From a virus (Duplodnaviria; Caudoviricetes): a stretch of DNA of 64,000 bases. Positions 18,549 through 28,135 of the stretch are shown here, one piece after another; position 1 is the first letter of the stretch; each line of letters starts with the position of its first letter. The position numbers and the translations under genes were made by a program. The stretch is from positions 157-64,156 of the IMG/VR virus record IMGVR_UViG_3300044641_007803. One strand, 5' to 3'. The notes below the pieces were generated by a model. That model saw only the letters and a program-made list of their open reading frames with translations. It had not been told where the DNA came from and ran no database searches.

Positions 18549-20408
18549 TTAGTTATCTAAATCTTTAATATTACTTTCGTTTAAAAGATCTGACTGTAGT
18601 TCTGCCTCTTCCTCAAAGAGATTTTGTTTCTTACTTGGAAATAGATTTTTGTTTCTTAGAAAAACTGTCATTGTGTTATTTGCACTTTCTCTTACATTTT
18701 CTGGGTCACTTGGGTATCCGCCTTTCATTCCGTGTACTCCTAATCTATCTCTTCCACCAACTGGATCAGCCTGTGTTCCTATTATTGAAAATTTTTCTCT
18801 AGGTCTTCCTATTGTAGTCTTTTCATCATATCCTGCTGGTAATTCTCCTTGCTCTCTTGCTCCATATATTGAAGCTAAATCGTGAGGTGTTCCAAAAGAC
18901 TGTCCTGTTGATACTGGATCGTTTCCTTCGTTCTCTATTTGAGATATTCTAAATCCTCGTTTAGCATCTTCTCTAATAAGGTCTCTCATTTCGTTGTAAC
19001 TGTCTTCTGATATATCAAATAACATATCGTAGATATAATCTGAAGAGAATAGTTTGGTTGCTTGCATTTGAGTTGCTAAGTCAACTTTCTCTTTCCAAAG
19101 TGCTACTTTTTCTTGTTCGTAGATTATTGAAGGAGTGGTTAGTTTAATTTCAAAGTTTACCAAAGATTCCTTATCAAATCCTTGAGCATATAAATGCACT
19201 AATCCAATTTTTGTTAATTCACTCTCTACAATTCTTTGAAGTCTTTCTACTGTTCTAGCAAAACGAATATCTTCAGCTGCTAAAGTTGCTTTACCTGTTA
19301 AATCTTTTTCGTATCCGAAATATGCTTTTGGCACTTTAAGTGCTGCAAACATTTTATCTCTTAAATACTCAATATCATTGGTACCATCGTATTCTAATCC
19401 TTTAGTAGTATCGATTTTTGTAGAAGTATCTCCTCCACGAACTGGAAGATAGAAATCTTCCATCATGTTTTGCATGTTGAATTTTAAATTATATTGACCT
19501 GTTTGAGGATCAACATAAGGAGTTTTTTTAATACTATTAATAGTTTTTTGCATGAACTGCTCAACTTCATTTGGTGGAATAGATCCTACATTGATGTAGA
19601 ACATTCTTTTTTCAGGAGCTCTCATGATTCTGTGAATCAACATTGCATCCTCCATTAAAGTTAATTGTTTGTAAATTTTACGAGCTGGTTCAATATAAGA
19701 TCTACCGTATGGAAGGTAGTTTGTATCTGATAATAATCTAAAGTGTGCTACTTCGTAGTTGTCTAAACTGATTACTGATTTATTGTTGTTTGGAATATAG
19801 TTTGGATCTGATGAGGCTGCTAATCCGTCTGGATCGATTGAGAATGTTACTTTAGTTGGATCTTCTTTGTCCATCCCCTCATGTCTTACCATGTGGTAAA
19901 CTGTATATGGAAGTACATTATAAACACCAAACTTTTCTGATATTTCTAGTTTCAAGAAGAAGTCGCCATACTTACACATGTTTCTAACCCATGACCATAG
20001 ATTGAATTCTATATTTAATACATCATAGTATAGGTTATAAAGAACTCTTTGTATGTTTTCGTCTGATGATTTAATTGAAAGAACTTCTCCTACTGCACTC
20101 TTAAGTGTAGACTCATCTGCTAGTATATCTAAAGTTGATGCTATAATAGCATCGGTATCCATTGCTTCGTAATCCGAGTAAAGCTGTATCCTTAATGTTT
20201 GATAATTAAGGTTTGGATTAAATATGTTCTTGTTGTTATATATGTATAAACGAGAAAACCTATCCAATAAAGAATTGGTTTGGTACTTTCCTGTTGATTG
20301 AATGTGATTAACATCAGCAATCTTCAACTCGTCTCCTCCTACGTTTCGAACTAATATGTCTGTTGCGAATAGTCTCTGGAGTGAGGTGAATAAATTTCTT
20401 TCTGCCAT
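18549..20408 (-). CDS. gp20: Portal protein (T4 gp20-like)
   Basis: LMEDAMLIHRIMRAPEKRMFYINVG, EDFYLPVRG, DIEYLRDK..ALKVPK, EDIRFARTVERLQ. Confidence 0.95.
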   Translation of the reverse strand: MAERNLFTSLQRLFATDILVRNVGGDELKIADVNHIQSTGKYQTNSLLDRFSRLYIYNNKNIFNPNLNYQTLRIQLYSDYEAMDTDAIIASTLDILADESTLKSAVGEVLSIKSSDENIQRVLYNLYYDVLNIEFNLWSWVRNMCKYGDFFLKLEISEKFGVYNVLPYTVYHMVRHEGMDKEDPTKVTFSIDPDGLAASSDPNYIPNNNKSVISLDNYEVAHFRLLSDTNYLPYGRSYIEPARKIYKQLTLMEDAMLIHRIMRAPEKRMFYINVGSIPPNEVEQFMQKTINSIKKTPYVDPQTGQYNLKFNMQNMMEDFYLPVRGGDTSTKIDTTKGLEYDGTNDIEYLRDKMFAALKVPKAYFGYEKDLTGKATLAAEDIRFARTVERLQRIVESELTKIGLVHLYAQGFDKESLVNFEIKLTTPSIIYEQEKVALWKEKVDLATQMQATKLFSSDYIYDMLFDISEDSYNEMRDLIREDAKRGFRISQIENEGNDPVSTGQSFGTPHDLASIYGAREQGELPAGYDEKTTIGRPREKFSIIGTQADPVGGRDRLGVHGMKGGYPSDPENVRESANNTMTVFLRNKNLFPSKKQNLFEEEAELQSDLLNESNIKDLDN

Positions 20409-20425
20409 TTGTAAAATGTTTTATT

Positions 20426-20433
20426 TATAAATA
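20426..20433 (-). promoter_or_regulatory. Representative of putative late promoter TATTTAT(A/T), about 19 intergenic copies
   Basis: Plus-strand (t/a)ataaata at 1692, 5821, 7432, 11452, 12181, 15486, 18537, 20426, 22031, 23560, 28111, 33481, 40037, 45581, 46766, 55341, 57625, 61714, 61986, nearly all just upstream of minus-strand starts. Confidence 0.65.
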
Positions 20434-20438
20434 GTAAC

Positions 20439-22013
20439 TTATCCTAATAGCCAGGTAAGATCTTCTTGACCATTTGGGGTTTCCATAAGGTACGGATTAT
20501 TTTGCATAGGAGCAACGTTATAAACACCCTGAGTTCTTTGATTGAGTCCTACAAAAGCATTCATTGTCGCTCTTGAAAGATCCATTCCTTGTTGTCTCAT
20601 TCGAATTGCAGTATCTCTAACATATAAAGCTGTAGCAAAAGCCATCACTAAATCGTCATTGTATCCTGATTGTGCTTGAGCTTTTCCGTTTCTCCATATA
20701 AACACTCTCATCTCTCCCAATAGCCTTTTTGATTGTAATACTACAGATCTTTCTCTTACGTACTCAGTCATTTTAGCGATTACTAAAGGTCTTGTTTTTA
20801 AGGACATTGTAAATCCTGGTACCAGTTTATCCCTTTCAAACTTGGCCATATAAGATTCAACTGTTTCAGTATCTGATCTTGAGGAGTAGTATAGGTTCTT
20901 GTATTCTCTTTCTAATACTTGTTCAATTGTTGACCATCCTATATTTGCATTTTCTACTACTAGAAGTGCATCACAATATTCTGTTGCTACTCCTACCAAT
21001 ACGTTTCCATATTCTTTAGGAGATATTTTACCTTTATATTCTGCAACTTGGGTACAGCTTTCAATATCAAATACATGGAATGCGGAGTAGTCGGTAGAAT
21101 CCCCACGAGCAACGTCGGCAACAACCATATATGATTTCGTATAGTCAGGTGATTCCCATATCCAAAGATTTCCATCTACACCTCTCTTTTCCATTGGTTC
21201 TTTTACATATGTCTCTTCGTAGAATGACATATTCTCAACCTCAATTACTGAGTCCCCTGATGATAGAAAGTCGCAATCACATTCCTGTGCTGCCATCTTC
21301 TCTCCTAATTGTCTTGATTGTTCATCTCTCCAGTCTTGTTGTCTTTCTGGATGAACATCCCATTTTAATTTAACAGGTACGAATCCATTCTCTCCTGCTT
21401 CAGCTTTTTCCCATGTTTGGTGGAACCAGTTTCCTACACCATTTGGAGTAGAAAGAGCCATACATTGGCCCCCTGTTGCAAGTGTTTGTTGTGCTGCAGT
21501 AAACGTTTCTTCAATGTTATCAATAAAGGCTGCCTCATCTATTAGTAGTAATGATACCGCTTCTGAACGAGCAGCATCTGCATTGGATGATTTAGCTGTG
21601 ATTTTAGAACCGTTTTTAAGTCTCATTGATAACTTATTTTTTTCTAAGAAAGGAAGTTGTAACCATTTTGGTAAATTCTCATACATGAAAATTGTTTTGG
21701 TTACAAGGTTTCTAGCTGTTGCTTGAGTAATTGCTAATGCTAGAACGTTTTTATCTTTGTGGAAGATCATTAACCATAAAGCGTATGCTGAGGCTAATGT
21801 TGAGATTCCTAACTGTCTTGATTTTAGAGTTATTAGCATTTTCTCATCTCTGAATAAATGCAATACTCCTTCCTGGAATGGGTAGAGGTTAAATAGAATT
21901 CTACCTCTTGTTGGATGTTGAATGTAGCAATACTTCTTCATGAAGTAGGCAGGATCTTTTGCACACTTTATATACTCCTGTGCTACTATTTGTTTAATAT
22001 CTTGTTGTGACAT
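20439..22013 (-). CDS. gp17: Terminase large subunit (T4 gp17-like)
   Basis: LKSRQLGIST, LLIDEAAF, STPNG, ADVARG..DYSAF, VENAN, GYNDDLVMA. Confidence 0.95.
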   Translation of the reverse strand: MSQQDIKQIVAQEYIKCAKDPAYFMKKYCYIQHPTRGRILFNLYPFQEGVLHLFRDEKMLITLKSRQLGISTLASAYALWLMIFHKDKNVLALAITQATARNLVTKTIFMYENLPKWLQLPFLEKNKLSMRLKNGSKITAKSSNADAARSEAVSLLLIDEAAFIDNIEETFTAAQQTLATGGQCMALSTPNGVGNWFHQTWEKAEAGENGFVPVKLKWDVHPERQQDWRDEQSRQLGEKMAAQECDCDFLSSGDSVIEVENMSFYEETYVKEPMEKRGVDGNLWIWESPDYTKSYMVVADVARGDSTDYSAFHVFDIESCTQVAEYKGKISPKEYGNVLVGVATEYCDALLVVENANIGWSTIEQVLEREYKNLYYSSRSDTETVESYMAKFERDKLVPGFTMSLKTRPLVIAKMTEYVRERSVVLQSKRLLGEMRVFIWRNGKAQAQSGYNDDLVMAFATALYVRDTAIRMRQQGMDLSRATMNAFVGLNQRTQGVYNVAPMQNNPYLMETPNGQEDLTWLLG

Positions 22014-22046
22014 ATTATATACTTATATATTATAAATATGTGTATA

Positions 22047-22075
22047 TAAAAAAACCCACCTTTATGGGGTGGGCT
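22047..22075 (-). terminator. Rho-independent terminator (copy of 15513..15541)
   Basis: aaaaaacccacctttatggggtgggct is identical at both sites. Confidence 0.8.
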
Positions 22076-22106
22076 TGTTCTGTTTTTCTTTTTTTATGTT
22101 GTGGAA

Positions 22107-23543
22107 TTAGCTAGCTACAATTATTATGTCAGCTACATCACTATTATATAATTTTCCATCACCTTTTTTGTACGTTACCTTATCTCCAGAAATTGCTGTT
22201 ATTCTACCCATTTCTTGATTTAACTGTTCTTGACTATTTCCGTACGACATATTAGGTGCTATCATCATATTAACTTTTAACTCTTCAGGGTTTGGAGCTT
22301 TAAATCCTTGCATACTACCACGTAAGATTTCCTTTTGGGTATATGTTCCATTTTCACTCAACATTCTAGAGCTTGCAGTTAATTTGTTTTCTGCTAAGAA
22401 TTTTCTTAAGTCAAAAAATCCTTCTTGTAATGCTTCTACTTTTTCTGCTTTAGGAGCTGCAGGTGCTTTTTCTTTTTTGTTGAATTTCTTATCAAATGCT
22501 GCTTTTAACTTTTCTGCTGCTTTTTCTAACTTTGCAGCATCAGTAGCTAATTGCTTTAAGTCTTTTGGACTAATGTGTGCAGCATGCTCACTTTCTTCCA
22601 TTTTCTTTGCTTTCATTCTTAATGCTTCAGCAATCTTTTTCATTTCCTGCATTTTATGCTCTTCTGCTACCTTATTTGTTCCGTGGTCAATGCTATTCAT
22701 TAACTCATCGATTGTATTGTATTCAGGTATTACAGTTTCGTCAGCCATTTCATCTCCTTCTTCCATTTGATTTCCTTGATACTGATCTCTTCTATAATCT
22801 TCTTCGTCTGCAGCATCTGCTGGATTGAATGCATCTTCTCCTTCTTCTGGGTATCCCATGGCATCTTGTACCATTTCTACTAAACGTCTTTCTTTAGCAG
22901 TTAATTTTGTTTCTTTCATAATTGGTTTTTTATTTTGTGTTCCTTCTCTTTCCATTTCCATGTTATTTCTAAACATGTATAATAGGTGGCTTTCTAAAGT
23001 ACTTTTCTCAGAACGAGTAGCCTCTGATCCTACTTCTTGCTCTACTTGTTTGATAGCATCTTGGATTGTTTGAAGTGCTGTTGAATATCCTCTAATAGTA
23101 CCTACTATTTGCTCTGCTTTTGCATTTACTGCTTTAGCGGCTGGTGTGTCGTATGAGTCTGAGTATCTTGCTTCGTCTAGTTTGTTTTCGTCTAACCCGT
23201 CTCCTAGCTCAGCGTTAATGTCTGCTTCAATAAAGTCAGCAATATTAGATTGAATTTCATATTCATTTTGAATTTCTTCTGAACTTATAGGTTCTCCAGC
23301 TACATCTATTCCTACAAATTCTTCGTTACCGTCTGGGTCTATTATTGCGTAAAAACAAGTATCCATTACACTAGAATCCTCCATAGAGTATATTTTGTGT
23401 CCATCTATAGTAGTCATATAAAACCCTCCTGTTCCTTCTTCATCGAAGTATTTGTAATCTTCTTGCTCTTCTTTTAAAAGTTGTGCGTTTTTTGTAAGTT
23501 TATTCTCTGTTAAGAATGTTCTTAAATTAAAATTATTTGCCAT
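22107..23543 (-). CDS. Acidic multi-segment hypothetical protein with two copies of the FxLxxFLxENKLT leader
   Basis: N-terminal MANNFNLRTFLTENKLTKNAQLLKEE and internal FFDLRKFLAENKLTASSRMLSE. Confidence 0.75.
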   Translation of the reverse strand: MANNFNLRTFLTENKLTKNAQLLKEEQEDYKYFDEEGTGGFYMTTIDGHKIYSMEDSSVMDTCFYAIIDPDGNEEFVGIDVAGEPISSEEIQNEYEIQSNIADFIEADINAELGDGLDENKLDEARYSDSYDTPAAKAVNAKAEQIVGTIRGYSTALQTIQDAIKQVEQEVGSEATRSEKSTLESHLLYMFRNNMEMEREGTQNKKPIMKETKLTAKERRLVEMVQDAMGYPEEGEDAFNPADAADEEDYRRDQYQGNQMEEGDEMADETVIPEYNTIDELMNSIDHGTNKVAEEHKMQEMKKIAEALRMKAKKMEESEHAAHISPKDLKQLATDAAKLEKAAEKLKAAFDKKFNKKEKAPAAPKAEKVEALQEGFFDLRKFLAENKLTASSRMLSENGTYTQKEILRGSMQGFKAPNPEELKVNMMIAPNMSYGNSQEQLNQEMGRITAISGDKVTYKKGDGKLYNSDVADIIIVAS

Positions 23544-23575
23544 TGTGGTCTATTTTGTTTATAAATAGTTTATTT

Positions 23576-24652
23576 TTATTTAAAACCTGCTAATTGCGGA
23601 TTTATGTCTGACCTTACTGCAGGCTTAAATAATACATCGGTACCTATTGAATTTATTAGTTTATTTACTCCAAATAGCTTATAGTAACCTGATGCTGGAT
23701 TGAATAGTAGGAATTTTGTAATACCCTTTGCTTCTGTGTATCCTAGTATCTGTGCTTTGTATAATACTTTTGCAATTGACTCTGAGTTTGCCATGTCTGT
23801 GTCTTTTAGCTGTACTGCCCCTGTAGCATTACCTTTGTAATATGCGTTCACTATAAAATTATTTATTGCATCAAGAGCTGCTTTTTTATCTTGCACATTA
23901 TCATAGTCTTCTTTAAATACATCAGCTATTTGGGTCTTTCCACTCTGTGTTTTGTAATAAGAATTAAGTCCACCTGCTCTTACTAAGGAAATTCTAGGAC
24001 CTCCTGATAGTTGATCTGGGTTCTTTGTACTTATACCTAATGCTTTAACTTCTAGATCTTTTCCTTTATAAACTAAATCTCCTGCTGTTTCACTTTTAGA
24101 TACATCACTGTACAGCATTGGGAATAGTACCTCTCCTCTACCTACACCTACACTTCCTTTAGCTCCTGTTAATCTACCAAATGAGGATAGTACTGGTTTT
24201 AGTTCTGGGCCTAATGCGTCATATGCATTACCTGAGCTTTTTAGTTTATTATCTTTAATTCCTGCTACAAACTTATCTACTAAGTTTGCTTTGGCTAAAA
24301 TATCAATAAGCTCTGCTGGTAGATTCCTATTATCAAAAGTTGTTTTAGTTACATTTCTAGTTCCTAAAAACTTTTTTAAATCATCTACACTGGATGAATT
24401 TTTTAAAGTTCTAAGTACTCTTGTTAGTAGTTTTGTGTTACCTTTTTCAGCTTGCAGTATGCTTGTAATTTGTGCTGCTAATTCTTCATTTGATGGCTGA
24501 TCCTCTTTAGGTGCTTCCTCTTCTTCCGCAACAATACCAAACTGTGAATAAATCTCTTTTAATATTTTCATATCGTCAGGATTATTCATATCTGGGTATC
24601 CTTTCTTACAACGGAAAGCCCATTCTGCAACTATTTTATCTACTACGCTCAT
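23576..24652 (-). CDS. Putative PD-(D/E)XK restriction-endonuclease-like protein
   Basis: GRGE...GDL...LEVK motif; N-terminal EWAFRCKKGYPD segment. Confidence 0.5.
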   Translation of the reverse strand: MSVVDKIVAEWAFRCKKGYPDMNNPDDMKILKEIYSQFGIVAEEEEAPKEDQPSNEELAAQITSILQAEKGNTKLLTRVLRTLKNSSSVDDLKKFLGTRNVTKTTFDNRNLPAELIDILAKANLVDKFVAGIKDNKLKSSGNAYDALGPELKPVLSSFGRLTGAKGSVGVGRGEVLFPMLYSDVSKSETAGDLVYKGKDLEVKALGISTKNPDQLSGGPRISLVRAGGLNSYYKTQSGKTQIADVFKEDYDNVQDKKAALDAINNFIVNAYYKGNATGAVQLKDTDMANSESIAKVLYKAQILGYTEAKGITKFLLFNPASGYYKLFGVNKLINSIGTDVLFKPAVRSDINPQLAGFK

Positions 24653-26319
24653 TAAAGTGCTTCTGGTGTTTCTGGTTCTGCTCCTCCTTCTTCTCCTGCT
24701 GGTGCTTCTTCCCCTCCTTCAAAGTCAGCTGCTGGTTCTTCACCACCTGCTTCTCCTCCTGGAAAGTCTCCACCACCACCGCCTCCGGCTGCTGCAGGTT
24801 CTGCTCCAAACTCTTCTCCACCTGGTTCTTCACCCTGTGTGATTGGACCAGTTTTAATAATATCGTTTATTTTATCCAATGCTTGTTGGTATTCTGCTAA
24901 ATCATTTAAGTAGTATTTTTTGCCCTCTACTTGTGCCTCAAATCCTTTACCCATCCACTTTAAGTTAAATGATTGGCCACTAGCAAGATCAATTGCAAAT
25001 GTAGAAGGTTTAGGTGCTACCCATCTTATGTTTTTTACAAATTCTGGATAATCTTTTGTGAATAGTGATACTATTGTTTTCTTTACTGTAGGAAATTTTC
25101 CTAGTATTTCATCTGAAGATGTTTCTAATACTGCGTTTTCTTCTTCTTGAAGAACCTCAACGTATGCCTCTAACATTACTTCTTTTAGTTGTTTTTTGCT
25201 TATTTTTTTAGATACAGTATCTCTTCTGTTTTTTAAGTACTTATCTGTTTTATCAACTTTTCCGTCATTGTTTATATCGTCATCTTCTTTTCCAACTGCA
25301 TCTAATGCTTCGTTAGTGTTGTTAAACTCACAACTTCTTTTTCCTGTAAAGTATGGAGAAGGGTGTGCTGTTCCTTTTACGTGAACATGTCCACATTTAT
25401 GGCAACAAGTTCCTTTCTTTTCATTTAGTGACATTGCTGCTACTACGGTATTATCCATTTGCTGAACTTTTTCTTCACCATCTAAATATCCATAAGCTGC
25501 TTGAAGGTAGTCGTATGCTTTTATGATCTTAGCTTGCCACCAGTGCGGAAAATCCACTTCTTGTCCATTATCGTAATTATCAAGCTGTTTGTATAGCATT
25601 GAAGCCATTTTAGCAATTCGATAAACATCTCTCTTAAGCATTGCTGGTTCGTTGTCTTGATGTCCTACATCTAAATCCTCTGCTATGTTTTTGTTTAATT
25701 GTGAAGGATCTGTTGGTGTTTGCATTGCTGCCATATCATCGTACTCATCATTCGACGGTTCTCCGACGTACTTTTTCATTGCATCGCTCAACTTATCTTC
25801 TAGTTCAGGAGTTGGCAGAGAAACGGTGTTACCTTGTGTTATCACAAAATCCACTAGCTCCATTGGCTCGCTTCCTAAATCTAATATAATTGCTGTTCCT
25901 TGTGGGTTTAGGTCAAATTTAAAAGTGTCTGCTCCTTTATCGTTTCCGTATTCAACATGAATGTTAAATTTGTCTACTCCTATTCCTGTAAGTTTTAAGT
26001 TTACAACTTCATCTCCTTGTGCTCTAAGAACTTTTAAAAGAGATTTAGCTACTGCTTTTCCTACGGCTGCTGATTCTTGAGTAGTATATTTTTTTACTTC
26101 TTCTGATATGCTTTCTTGTGTTGCTGTTGCTTTTGCTAAATTTTCTTTAGCAGCTGTTAAAGCATCTTGTGCTGCTGTTTTCTCTAAGGGAGATTTAGCA
26201 ATCTGTAATTGCTTTGTAGCATCTTTTATCTTTTCTTGCTGAAGTGCTATAGCGGATTTTTTAGCTTGTGCTTCTGCAGGTGTCATTTCTTCTTTTAATA
26301 TTCTTATTAGTTTTTTCAT
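24652..26319 (-). CDS. Multi-segment hypothetical protein (probable internal head polyprotein)
   Basis: [11 protein letters not shown] leader; [15 protein letters not shown] segment; CCHKCGH; [19 protein letters not shown]; acidic Gly/Glu tail. Confidence 0.7.
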   Translation of the reverse strand: MKKLIRILKEEMTPAEAQAKKSAIALQQEKIKDATKQLQIAKSPLEKTAAQDALTAAKENLAKATATQESISEEVKKYTTQESAAVGKAVAKSLLKVLRAQGDEVVNLKLTGIGVDKFNIHVEYGNDKGADTFKFDLNPQGTAIILDLGSEPMELVDFVITQGNTVSLPTPELEDKLSDAMKKYVGEPSNDEYDDMAAMQTPTDPSQLNKNIAEDLDVGHQDNEPAMLKRDVYRIAKMASMLYKQLDNYDNGQEVDFPHWWQAKIIKAYDYLQAAYGYLDGEEKVQQMDNTVVAAMSLNEKKGTCCHKCGHVHVKGTAHPSPYFTGKRSCEFNNTNEALDAVGKEDDDINNDGKVDKTDKYLKNRRDTVSKKISKKQLKEVMLEAYVEVLQEEENAVLETSSDEILGKFPTVKKTIVSLFTKDYPEFVKNIRWVAPKPSTFAIDLASGQSFNLKWMGKGFEAQVEGKKYYLNDLAEYQQALDKINDIIKTGPITQGEEPGGEEFGAEPAAAGGGGGGDFPGGEAGGEEPAADFEGGEEAPAGEEGGAEPETPEAL

Positions 26320-26354
26320 CTTTTAAAGATATAAATTTATTTCTTATTATATTA

Positions 26355-26564
26355 CTATTTGCAATGATAATTTAGATATCTCTGTAATGCTTTTGCATAA
26401 TGAGTACCTTTGTCTTTTAATCCTGCTTTTGCTGTTCTAACCTTTGCACAGGTTAGGTTTCCTAATCTGTCTTTTAATATACCTGGTTTAACAGGATCGT
26501 GTATGTCTTTAGACTCTTCTTGGAGAATTTGCTTAACTATCTCTCTTAGTTGATTTTTTTTCAT
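26355..26564 (-). CDS. Small basic hypothetical protein with MKKNQLREIVKQILQEE leader
   Basis: 69 aa; PGILK..LTCAKV..YLNYHC. Confidence 0.6.
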   Translation of the reverse strand: MKKNQLREIVKQILQEESKDIHDPVKPGILKDRLGNLTCAKVRTAKAGLKDKGTHYAKALQRYLNYHCK

Positions 26565-27177
26565 TCTCTAGAGTATAGTAATAAATATTTTCATTCCCTT
26601 TTTCCATTGTCCATTTATCGGAAACTGATTCACAGAACCAGTCTTTATCGTCAATCATCCAATCCGGTTTATCAGGAAATGGTTGAGTTACAAAAGACAT
26701 ATCTCTCCACATTAACCTATTATTAGGCTGGAGAGTAAAGTTTCCGTTATCTAATTTAATTAGATGTGCTGCTTTATATTGTGTAGGTTCGTTAGAATAT
26801 GGATTATCATACCAGTCAAAAGTCATAATATAATTTCCCCACTCTTTACTTCCGTCTTTAAATATTGCTTTTACTCTTGATTGGAGTAAATAATCGTATA
26901 CTGTACATGATACATCATGTCCGAAACAATCCCATAATTGTAAATGGTCTAAAGCCATTTTTGGTGCATCATCTTTCCAAGCAAGCATATGAATTGGGAC
27001 TCTTGATCTAACAGCTCCTTCATCAGTCATTATATGAAATGTTAATGCTCTTCCTCCTACAGATTGTGCTGCAAATACAATTACATCTTGCATACCCTTT
27101 CTTCCATCATGCTGATAAAGATGTTCAATTCGCATCTTAGCATAGAAATGGGGTATGGATGTATTTAGTGTTGACAT
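26533..27177 (-). CDS. Hypothetical phage protein
   Basis: 214 aa; LQLWDCF, YIMTFDW, GNFTLQPNNR motifs. Confidence 0.7.
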   Translation of the reverse strand: MSTLNTSIPHFYAKMRIEHLYQHDGRKGMQDVIVFAAQSVGGRALTFHIMTDEGAVRSRVPIHMLAWKDDAPKMALDHLQLWDCFGHDVSCTVYDYLLQSRVKAIFKDGSKEWGNYIMTFDWYDNPYSNEPTQYKAAHLIKLDNGNFTLQPNNRLMWRDMSFVTQPFPDKPDWMIDDKDWFCESVSDKWTMEKGNENIYYYTLENEKKSTKRDS

Positions 27178-27491
27178 TATTTTTCTCTTATTAACAATTC
27201 TCCTAATACTTCCAATCTTCCTACTTCACGTTGAAACGCAATCGGTGACATATCAAGTGAGATCTTTTTATAAGTCTCTTCGAATTCTTTTTTTGCTTTA
27301 TCCGTATCAAGCTTTCCTTCAGTAGCTTTCTTGTAATAAGGAGCTTTTACTTTAAAGTGATGCCAAGTTAGTAATGCAAGTCCTCCTTTTTCATGAGCAT
27401 TTGCTGCAATCTTAGCTGCACCTTCTCCACGTTTTGTAGCAAATTCTTCAAAGCTTTCCTTAGCTTCAGTTAATAGTTGTAGTAGTCTCAT
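27177..27491 (-). CDS. Hypothetical protein (start likely 27491, MRLLQLLTEA)
   Basis: ORF-track 5' extension overlaps 27493..27948; ATG at 27491 follows the upstream stop; LTWHHFKVK. Confidence 0.6.
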   Translation of the reverse strand: MRLLQLLTEAKESFEEFATKRGEGAAKIAANAHEKGGLALLTWHHFKVKAPYYKKATEGKLDTDKAKKEFEETYKKISLDMSPIAFQREVGRLEVLGELLIREK

Positions 27492-27492
27492 A

Positions 27493-27948
27493 TTACTTTG
27501 TTTTACCCCAAGTCTTACCTTTTCCTTTTGTTTTACATTGAGCAGGTGTTGGTCTACATGCTGGATATTTTGATCTTTTTTCTCCTTCTTGTCTTCCGCA
27601 GGATTTATATCCTCCGTTTCCATCAGGTGCATTACAATCAACCCATCCTTTAGATTTTCCCTTTGCTCCTTTCCTTGAGAACCATTTACGAAGTGATTCG
27701 TCCTCTTGTAATAGTTCTTGAATTGCTTGTCTTACTTTTGCATATCCTGAACCGTATGGTGCTGCTTTACCAGCTTGAGGATCATCTGCTTCTTTTATAT
27801 CTTTCCAAATATCTCCTTTTCTGCATCTTACAATAGCTCCTGATCTATATGCTGAGGGTTTATCATACTTTGTTCTAGCAATACGCAAGCATCTATCTGC
27901 TTTTTCTTCAGATAGAACTTCTTTAATCAATTGCAAGATATCTACCAT
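27493..27948 (-). CDS. Basic Cys-containing hypothetical protein, two segments
   Basis: PSAYRSGAIVRCRK and ESLRKWF..WVDC..CGR..KYPACRP segments, each after an L-x-E motif. Confidence 0.7.
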   Translation of the reverse strand: MVDILQLIKEVLSEEKADRCLRIARTKYDKPSAYRSGAIVRCRKGDIWKDIKEADDPQAGKAAPYGSGYAKVRQAIQELLQEDESLRKWFSRKGAKGKSKGWVDCNAPDGNGGYKSCGRQEGEKRSKYPACRPTPAQCKTKGKGKTWGKTK

Positions 27949-27949
27949 A

Positions 27950-28084
27950 CTATCCCTGTCCTTTATAAAGCTTTTTGTAGTTCTTAGAACTCTTCAATTT
28001 TGAAGTTTTAGATTTTGCATGAACTCCAGGTCTAGATACTTTTGGTCTTTCTATCTTAACTGAGGATTGTGCTGCTTTTGCCAT
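27950..28084 (-). CDS. 44 aa Lys-rich protein (not in ORF track)
   Basis: MAKAAQSSVKIERPKVSRPGVHAKSKTSKLKSSKNYKKLYKGQG*; late-promoter motif at 28111; fills the gap exactly. Confidence 0.65.
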   Translation of the reverse strand: MAKAAQSSVKIERPKVSRPGVHAKSKTSKLKSSKNYKKLYKGQG

Positions 28085-28135
28085 AAGTCAAATACTATTT
28101 ACTGTTTAAAAATAAATAGTAACAAAAACTTATTA

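Noticed and set aside
20439-22013. Intron or intein in terminase or other core genes
   Set aside because: Lengths are ordinary, motifs are contiguous, and no intein terminal motifs were seen
26324-26354. Early promoter upstream of 24652..26319
   Set aside because: Has TATCTTTA but lacks TTG at the 20-nt spacing seen in all other copies
27492-27641. 5' extension of ORF 27177..27641
   Set aside because: Overlaps 27493..27948 in another frame; ATG at 27491 gives a leader-type N-terminus
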